Assembly (NCBI GenBank): GCA_028291945.1
Contig: JAQGNH010000043.1
Span: 6,522-70,521 of the forward strand
Direction of reading: 5' to 3'
DNA length: 64,000 nt
Source of the DNA: Betaproteobacteria bacterium
Lineage (GTDB): Bacteria; Pseudomonadota; Gammaproteobacteria; Burkholderiales; SG8-41
Part shown: positions 58,371 through 64,000 of the stretch, piece after piece
How the letters are laid out: each line of letters starts with the position of its first letter
Numbering within the stretch: the stretch's first letter is position 1
The notes under the pieces: model-generated
Told to the model about the DNA's origin: nothing
The model's database searches: none
Seen by the model: only the letters and a program-made list of their open reading frames with translations
Position numbers and translations under genes: made by a program

Positions 58371-58543
58371 GAAGCGACGCCAGGGAGAGATTAAGGACGC
58401 CAAGCGGCTCGCAATACGAGTGACATGTATTCGACGCAGATTCCACGGCTGAAGCAGGGAAGGCTCGCGCCGGCAGCGTAAAGACCGATCGCACTTTCGT
58501 GGTTTTTTCGCGTCCTTGGCTGTTCCGTGGCGTCCTGGGCGTC
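58371..58543. repeat. Inverted-repeat spacer element (GGACGCCAAG-type arms) between the two RidA genes
   Basis: Left arm gaagcgacgccagggagagattaaggacgccaagcg (58371-406). Right arm cgcgtccttggctgttccgtggcgtcctgggcgtc (58509-43). Confidence 0.7.
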
Positions 58544-58559
58544 TATGCTTTTACGCTGT

Positions 58560-58913
58560 TTATTTCGCACAGATCATCATGATCTCCACCCGCGTATCCG
58601 GCGTAGCGAGCCGCGATTCTACTGTAGCGCGCGCCGGTTTGTTGTCGGGATCGACCCACGCTGCCCACGCCGCGTCCATCTGGTCCTTCTCGCGGATGTC
58701 GGTGAGCCACACGTTGCACCAGAGGATTTTCGATTTGTCACTTCCCGCGTCGGCGAGCAGCCGATCTATTTTTTTAAGTACCTCGTCCGTCTGCATTTTG
58801 CACGATGCTGATCTATTGTCAGCGGTCGTGCCGGCCACGAAAACGAGATTTCCAAACTCTACGAGGCGGGAGAGACTGCCGCCGGGATGATGACGCTTGA
58901 TCGGGTTGCTCAT
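58560..58913 (-). CDS. RidA/YjgF family protein (paralogue)
   Basis: 117 aa. ...NLVFVAGTT...ARATVESRLATPDTRVEIMMICAK. Confidence 0.85.
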   Translation of the reverse strand: MSNPIKRHHPGGSLSRLVEFGNLVFVAGTTADNRSASCKMQTDEVLKKIDRLLADAGSDKSKILWCNVWLTDIREKDQMDAAWAAWVDPDNKPARATVESRLATPDTRVEIMMICAK

Positions 58914-59230
58914 GACTTCTCCTTTAAAAGATTGGGGTAGACGCGCATTCTGGTAAACAAACGGTCAATTGACAACCTCTATACACAGCCGCTATTGCGT
59001 GCTGGCAAGCGCCACCCCTCCCTCCGAGAACAGCAGTCTGAGACTTCCGGGTCGCTGGAACGCGCTCGGTGCGGACAGGCGCCGCTACGATCAGCGGGAT
59101 TTGCCGCCAGCGCGCGGCAGTCAAGATCAGGTGGTGTGATGCAGCAGGATATCGGTAAGATCCTCGCGGATGGCTTCCCGGGTATTGCGACCGCTTAGTT
59201 GTTCTTCAAAAAACGAGGAGAGATTTACCT

Positions 59231-60205
59231 ATGAAGGTTCTGCGCAGGTGTTGCGTCGCTGCGGCCTTGGCGTGTGCTGCGATTTCCGGTTCGCTACACG
59301 CTCAGGCTTATCCCAGTAAGCCGATACGTTGGATAGTACCGTTTCCGCCGGGCGGTGGAACCGATGTGATCTCGAGGGCGCTGGCGCAGAAGCTCACGGA
59401 GGCATGGGGGCAGCAGGTGGTGGCCGATAACCGGCCGGGATCGGGCGGCACCATTGGACTTGCAGCGGCTGCAAAGCTTCCCGCCGACGGCTACAACATC
59501 GTGCTGGGTCAGCTTGCGAACGTCGCCATCGCGCCGGCGCTGTATGCGAAGCTGCCGTATGACCCGATCAAGGACTTCACACCGGTCACGCTCGCGCTCA
59601 CGTCACCGCTGATTCTCGTCGCGCATCCTTCGCTGCCCGCGAAGAACGTCAAGGAGCTGATCGCACTCGCCAAGGCGAAGCCTGATTCGGTTACGTTCGG
59701 CTCCCCGGGAAATGGCACGACGGGACATCTCGGCACGGAGATCATCAAGACCGCGGGCGGGGTGAAGATGACGCACATACCCTATAAAGGCGCGTCGCCC
59801 GCCTTTACCGGTCTGCTCAGTGGCGAGATCAGCGTCTATATGAGCAGTATTCAACCTGCTATTCCGATGCTGAACGCAGGACGTGTCAGAGCCCTCGGAG
59901 TCACGAGTGCTAAACGCATGGCAACGCTGCCCAACGTGCCGACGATCTCGGAAAGCGGTTTGCCGGGATACGAAGTGACGAACTGGTACGGCGTGATGAT
60001 GCCGGCGGGTGTGCCGAAAGAGGTGCTCACCAAAATCCACGCTGAGCTTGTGAAAATATTGAAGATGCCGGATGTGCAGCAGCGCTTCCAGGCCGAAGGC
60101 GGCGACACGACGTCGAACACGCCGGAGCAGTTTGCGGCGTTCATCAAGACTGAAATTACGAAGTGGAGTAAAGCGGTCCGGGAGTCGGGTGCGAAGGTCG
60201 ACTAA
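59231..60205 (+). CDS. Bug/TctC-family substrate-binding protein
   Basis: Signal peptide, then AQAYPSKPIRWIVPFPPGGGTDVISR...HIPYKGASPA. Confidence 0.9.
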   Translation: MKVLRRCCVAAALACAAISGSLHAQAYPSKPIRWIVPFPPGGGTDVISRALAQKLTEAWGQQVVADNRPGSGGTIGLAAAAKLPADGYNIVLGQLANVAIAPALYAKLPYDPIKDFTPVTLALTSPLILVAHPSLPAKNVKELIALAKAKPDSVTFGSPGNGTTGHLGTEIIKTAGGVKMTHIPYKGASPAFTGLLSGEISVYMSSIQPAIPMLNAGRVRALGVTSAKRMATLPNVPTISESGLPGYEVTNWYGVMMPAGVPKEVLTKIHAELVKILKMPDVQQRFQAEGGDTTSNTPEQFAAFIKTEITKWSKAVRESGAKVD

Positions 60206-60248
60206 GGACCGTCAACCGGTGAGGACAGAAGGAAAGGCGACAAGCCTT

Positions 60249-60443
60249 AACCGAAGGACACAAAGGACACGAAGGAATTCAACTTTAAAAAACAGGACTG
60301 TCAGATCAAATCGAAACTACGGCATTCAAGCGCACTGGCGCACGCCGAAGGAGGAGGGTTACGGGGGGAACCTTCGGTGCCCCCTGTTCCTTCACCGCGC
60401 CGAAGGGCATCCCGCAGGGATGTCCTTTGTGTCCTTTGTGGTG
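60249..60443. repeat. Inverted-repeat spacer element with RAAGGACAC / GTGTCCTTT 9-mer arms (sibling of 3478-3620)
   Basis: Left arm aaccgaaggacacaaaggacacgaaggaa (60249-77). Right arm tgtcctttgtgtcctttgtggtg (60421-43). They share a 15-nt exact complementary core, aaggacacaaaggac / gtcctttgtgtcctt. Confidence 0.85.
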
Positions 60444-60451
60444 AATGTTGT

Positions 60452-61504
60452 TTAAAGCGCGTCGCAGACCGCTTCCGTAACGATCTCGGTCGTCGCTTCG
60501 CCGCCCAAATCGGGCGTGTGTATGCGCTTGGCAGTCACGGCTTCGATTGCCTTCATCAGGCGCGCAGCAGATTCTCTTTCGCCCAGGTGCTCGAGCATCA
60601 TCGACGCCGTCCAGAACGTCGCAACCGGATTCGCGATGCCTTTGCCTGTGATGTCGAATGCCGAGCCATGTATCGGCTCGAACATCGATGGGAACTTGCG
60701 TTCGGGATTGAGATTAGCCGTGGGTGCAATGCCGAGGCTTCCTGATAGCGCTGCGGCCAGGTCCGACAGTATGTCTGCGTGCAGATTGGTCGCAACCACG
60801 GTGTCGAGCGCATGCGGCTTGCCGACCATTTGCGTGGTGACGGCGTCTACGAGTACCCGCTGGGTCTCGATATCCGGATAGTCTTTCGCGACTTCATAGA
60901 ATATCTCGTCCCACATAACCATCCCATGACGCTGCGCGTTGGACTTCGTAACGAGTGTCAGGTGCTTGCGTGGGCGGGTGCGCGCGAGCTCGAAAGCGTA
61001 GCGATGGATGCGGGCGACCCCGGTGCGCGTGAAGATTGAAGTCTCAGTCGCGACTTCCTCCGGCAATCCACGATGTGCGCGTCCGCCGCTTCCCGAGTAT
61101 TCACCTTCCGAATTCTCGCGAATGATCACCCAGTCGATGTGTTCGCCATTTCTCAACGGGCTGGTGATGCCCGGCAGCACCCGGGCCGGGCGCACGTTGG
61201 CATACTGATCGAAACCCTGGCAAATCGGCAATCGCAGACCCCACAGCGACACGTGATCCGGCACGTTTGGAGCGCCTACCGCCCCGAAAAAAATAGCGTC
61301 GAAAGTCTTGAGCTTTTCAAGTCCGCCTTCCGGAATGTAATGGCCGTGCTTGAGGTAATACTCGCTGCTCCACGGAAAATGCTCCACCTCGAGCCGAAAA
61401 CCTTTATCGCGTGAGGCAAGCACGTCCAGTACTTTCAGACCTGCTGCGATCACTTCTATTCCGATGCCATCGCCAGGGATGGCTGCGATTCTGAAACTAC
61501 GCAC
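60452..61504 (-). CDS. Tartrate dehydrogenase/decarboxylase (D-malate dehydrogenase; isopropylmalate/isocitrate DH family)
   Basis: 350 aa. MRSFRIAAIPGDGIGIEV...FGAVG...YANVRP...IIRENSEGEY...NLHADILSD. Confidence 0.8.
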   Translation of the reverse strand: MRSFRIAAIPGDGIGIEVIAAGLKVLDVLASRDKGFRLEVEHFPWSSEYYLKHGHYIPEGGLEKLKTFDAIFFGAVGAPNVPDHVSLWGLRLPICQGFDQYANVRPARVLPGITSPLRNGEHIDWVIIRENSEGEYSGSGGRAHRGLPEEVATETSIFTRTGVARIHRYAFELARTRPRKHLTLVTKSNAQRHGMVMWDEIFYEVAKDYPDIETQRVLVDAVTTQMVGKPHALDTVVATNLHADILSDLAAALSGSLGIAPTANLNPERKFPSMFEPIHGSAFDITGKGIANPVATFWTASMMLEHLGERESAARLMKAIEAVTAKRIHTPDLGGEATTEIVTEAVCDAL

Positions 61505-61744
61505 TGTAGGACTCCTTGCTGCCGCGGGGGTGTTTCTTAGGAAGCCGCATAATAATGCGTGCGACTGAACATCGTCACGTTCATTCGCGTCAGGCGCATA
61601 CGCGGTTGCGCGACAGCGGATACTTTATTCTGTCAGGGTTGGAGCTTGAATGAGGGTTCGCTAACAATTATGGTGCGGCACGCACGCCCCCAGATCGCGA
61701 GCGCTTAGTTGCCGAGAAGAACAACTGACCTACGGTAGAATCGC

Positions 61745-62458
61745 GTGCATAACCATAACGCGCGCCGTTCCGATCCTTTGAAAATTCTCGCGCTCGACAC
61801 CTCTACTGAATACTGCTCGGTCGCGCTTTCCATCGACGGGGAAGTTGATTTCCGTGGCACGCACGCGGGGCAGACGCATTCGCAGCTCGTGTTGTGTATG
61901 GTCGATGAGTTGCTGCGAGCGCACGCGATGCGCCTGGACAGCCTGGATGGGATCGCGTATGGCGAGGGCCCTGGATCCTTCACGGGGTTGCGCATCGCCT
62001 GCGGCGTCGTACAAGGGCTCGCTTTCGGCGCTAGCTTGCCTGTCGTGGGCATCGGCACGCTTCTCGCAATGGCCGCAGGCACACGGGCCGAACGCGTCGT
62101 GTGCTGTCTGGATGCGCGGATGCAGGAGATTTACCACGGAGCCTATGAGTACCGGAGCGGCGCATGGCGCGTGGTGCATGAACCGTCGGTGTGCCCACCC
62201 GCTGCCGCGCCTGCCGTGTCGGGCAGCGGCTGGCTCGGGTGCGGCAGCGGTTTCCTCGCTTACCCGGAAGCGCTCGCGAGTCGGTACGCAGGACAGCTGG
62301 AAGCGACCGAGCCTCTTCGCTTTCCACACGCACGTGAAGTGGCGCAGCTCGCCTTGCCGCGGTTCGCCGCTAACGAGGCGGTCAGCTCCGAGCACGCCGC
62401 GCCGGTTTACCTGAGGGACAAAGTCGCCTTGCGCACCGATGAGCGCCCCGGTCGCTAA
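61745..62458 (+). CDS. tsaB: tRNA threonylcarbamoyladenosine biosynthesis protein TsaB
   Basis: KILALDTSTEYCSVAL...GPGSFTGLRI. The start is the GTG at 61745 or the TTG at 61778. Confidence 0.85.
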   Translation: MHNHNARRSDPLKILALDTSTEYCSVALSIDGEVDFRGTHAGQTHSQLVLCMVDELLRAHAMRLDSLDGIAYGEGPGSFTGLRIACGVVQGLAFGASLPVVGIGTLLAMAAGTRAERVVCCLDARMQEIYHGAYEYRSGAWRVVHEPSVCPPAAAPAVSGSGWLGCGSGFLAYPEALASRYAGQLEATEPLRFPHAREVAQLALPRFAANEAVSSEHAAPVYLRDKVALRTDERPGR

Positions 62459-62903
62459 CAGCGTAGCGTACCGGCGCATGACCGAGGCTGATATCGAAGC
62501 CGTCGTTGCGATCGAGAACATCGTTCACGCGCATCCATGGACGGCGGGTAACTTCAAGGACTCGCTCGCTGCTGGTTATGAATGCTGGATTGCCTGGCAC
62601 GGTTCCCAGGTCGCCGGCTACGGTGTTCTGATGGTTGCTGCGGGTGAGGGACACTTGCTGAATCTGAGTGTCGCAGCGCAGTGGCAGCGCAAAGGCTTGG
62701 GCAGCGACTTTACGCGCTTCTTCATCAAGCTTGGGCGCGATTATGATGCTGCTCGAATTTATCTGGAAGTGCGCCCCTCGAATGCCGCCGCCCGGGCACT
62801 GTATGCTGGCAACGGTTTCGCGGAGGTTGGAACGCGCCGGGATTACTATCCTGCGGCAGACGGCCGTGAAGACGCTCTGATCATGGAGCTCAACCTGAAA
62901 TGA
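62439..62903 (+). CDS. rimI: Ribosomal protein S18-alanine N-acetyltransferase
   Basis: It has a GNAT fold, with QRKGLG and LEVRPSNAAARALYAGNGF. It follows tsaB. Confidence 0.85.
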   Translation: MSAPVANSVAYRRMTEADIEAVVAIENIVHAHPWTAGNFKDSLAAGYECWIAWHGSQVAGYGVLMVAAGEGHLLNLSVAAQWQRKGLGSDFTRFFIKLGRDYDAARIYLEVRPSNAAARALYAGNGFAEVGTRRDYYPAADGREDALIMELNLK

Positions 62904-63766
62904 CTTCGCGACGCGACGAGATACTGAAGGAAATCGGCATCACCCCCGTGTGGCGCTTGCGCGTTCAAGAATCGCTCGCAGAGGCGCAGGAGGTGAGCTC
63001 CGAGCCGGCACCACCCGTTCCAGATACTCGGGCGTTGCAGCCATCTTTTGAAGGCACGAGCCCGGTCTCTCATCAAACGGGCGAACCGTCGCGCGTCGCG
63101 GCTCAGCCGTCAGCGCTTCACGGAAGCTCGGCTCCGATGCTGCGGCGTTCTGCAGCTGATGACGACGAGCGTCGCGCGGCGATCATCCGGATGGATTGGG
63201 CCGGGCTCAAACAGGCCGTGGCGCAGTGCGTCGCATGCGCCCTGCATGCGAGGCGCAATAAAACGGTATTCGGAGTGGGCGACGAAAACGCCGACTGGAT
63301 GTTCGTTGGCGAAGGCCCTGGCGCCGACGAAGATAGACAGGGCGATCCGTTCGTCGGCCAGGCCGGAAAACTGCTCGACAGCATGCTTGCCGCGATCAAA
63401 TTGAAGCGCGATGACAACGTCTATATAGCCAACGTCGTGAAATGCCGCCCGCCCGGCAACCGCAACCCGGAACCTGACGAGGCGTCAAAGTGCGAGCCTT
63501 ATCTGCAGCGGCAGATCGAGCTTATCAAACCCAAGCTCATCATTGCGCTGGGCCGGGTCGCCGCGCTCAATCTTCTTTCGCGCGAGGCCAGCATCGCGAG
63601 CTTGCGCGGACGCGTGCTCGCGTACCGGGGCACACCGCTCATCGTGACGTACCATCCCGCGTATCTGCTGCGCAATCTGCCGGACAAAGCGAAAGCGTGG
63701 GAAGATCTGTGCTTCGCGGTCAAAACCATGCAGAGCTTGCAATCGGGGCCGAGCGTCACCACTTGA
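62900..63766 (+). CDS. Family 4 uracil-DNA glycosylase with an N-terminal extension
   Basis: [50 protein letters not shown]...[12 protein letters not shown]. Confidence 0.85.
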   Translation: MTSRRDEILKEIGITPVWRLRVQESLAEAQEVSSEPAPPVPDTRALQPSFEGTSPVSHQTGEPSRVAAQPSALHGSSAPMLRRSAADDDERRAAIIRMDWAGLKQAVAQCVACALHARRNKTVFGVGDENADWMFVGEGPGADEDRQGDPFVGQAGKLLDSMLAAIKLKRDDNVYIANVVKCRPPGNRNPEPDEASKCEPYLQRQIELIKPKLIIALGRVAALNLLSREASIASLRGRVLAYRGTPLIVTYHPAYLLRNLPDKAKAWEDLCFAVKTMQSLQSGPSVTT

Positions 63767-63774
63767 GAGCCAGT

Positions 63775-63802
63775 GCGGAATGGTGAATCACGAATGCGGA
63801 AT
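63775..63802. repeat. Short tandem-heptamer block (GCGGAAT GGTGAAT CACGAAT GCGGAAT)
   Basis: It has four heptamer units in the udg-lemA spacer. A TCGTTCA-type block follows at about 63812-63836. Arm complementarity is weak. Confidence 0.35.
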
Positions 63803-63855
63803 AAAACTTCTCATCGTTCATCACTGATCGTTCAACATTAGTAAAAGGACGGAAT

Positions 63856-64000
63856 ATGACGAGGCGCTTTTTAATGCTGGGGTGGTTGTCGGTGCTCTTT
63901 CTGTCCGGGTGCGGCTACAACACGCTCCAGCAGCAGGACCAGCAGGTCAAGGCCGGTTGGGCCGAGGTGCTGAACCAGTACCAGCGTCGGGCCGATCTCG
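63856..64000 (+). CDS. lemA: LemA family protein (N-terminal part, truncated by the window end)
   Basis: MTRRFLMLGWLSVLFLSGCGYNTLQQQDQQVKAGWAEVLNQYQRRADL. Confidence 0.8.
   Translation, partial: MTRRFLMLGWLSVLFLSGCGYNTLQQQDQQVKAGWAEVLNQYQRRADL

Noticed and set aside
58995-59198. A 67-aa plus-strand ORF and a minus-strand fragment (..AIREDLTDILLHHTT) in the long ridA-tctC spacer, considered as a regulator remnant.
   Set aside because: The sequence is too short and motif-poor to assign. It has no start or RBS context and may be non-coding leader or promoter DNA.

Overview
This is a GC-rich chromosomal segment (GC judged by eye, not computed). Its gene content and synteny look betaproteobacterial or Burkholderiales-like: dapA-bamC-MBL hydrolase, suhB/trmJ/cysE-iscR, ompR-envZ, tsaB-rimI-UDG, and five Bug/TctC-type solute receptors. 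I could support about 65 protein-coding genes. They are mostly housekeeping: mutS, mfd, ispD/ispF, serB, dapA, slyD, bcp, and a 10-gene IscR-NifS-SUF Fe-S cluster operon. Interspersed are small accessory islets: an AmmeMemoRadiSam triad, an orphan DndB-like DGQHR protein, a DUF1800/DUF1501 pair, small secreted proteins divergent from ompR-envZ, tandem RidA genes next to a tartrate dehydrogenase, and Ser-rich lipoproteins. I saw no rRNA, tRNA, CRISPR array, integrase or transposase. The most unusual signal is non-coding. At least nine intergenic spacers are filled almost edge to edge by inverted-repeat elements. Their arms are short tandem 7- or 9-nt units (GTGAGCC/GTGATTC type, RAAGGACAC type, GACCGCTGACG type). 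The arm sequence differs between copies, but each copy stays self-complementary. Several copies sit inside operons, and one supplies the 3' tail of the envZ ORF. A second small hairpin family (GTAAAC..stem-loop..CGTAACC) shows a compensatory base change between copies. Three genes look decayed: two TctC paralogues (one in-frame TAA, one 1-nt frameshift) and a c-type cytochrome remnant. All functional calls rest on motif and family recognition by eye from the supplied translations. No database search was possible.
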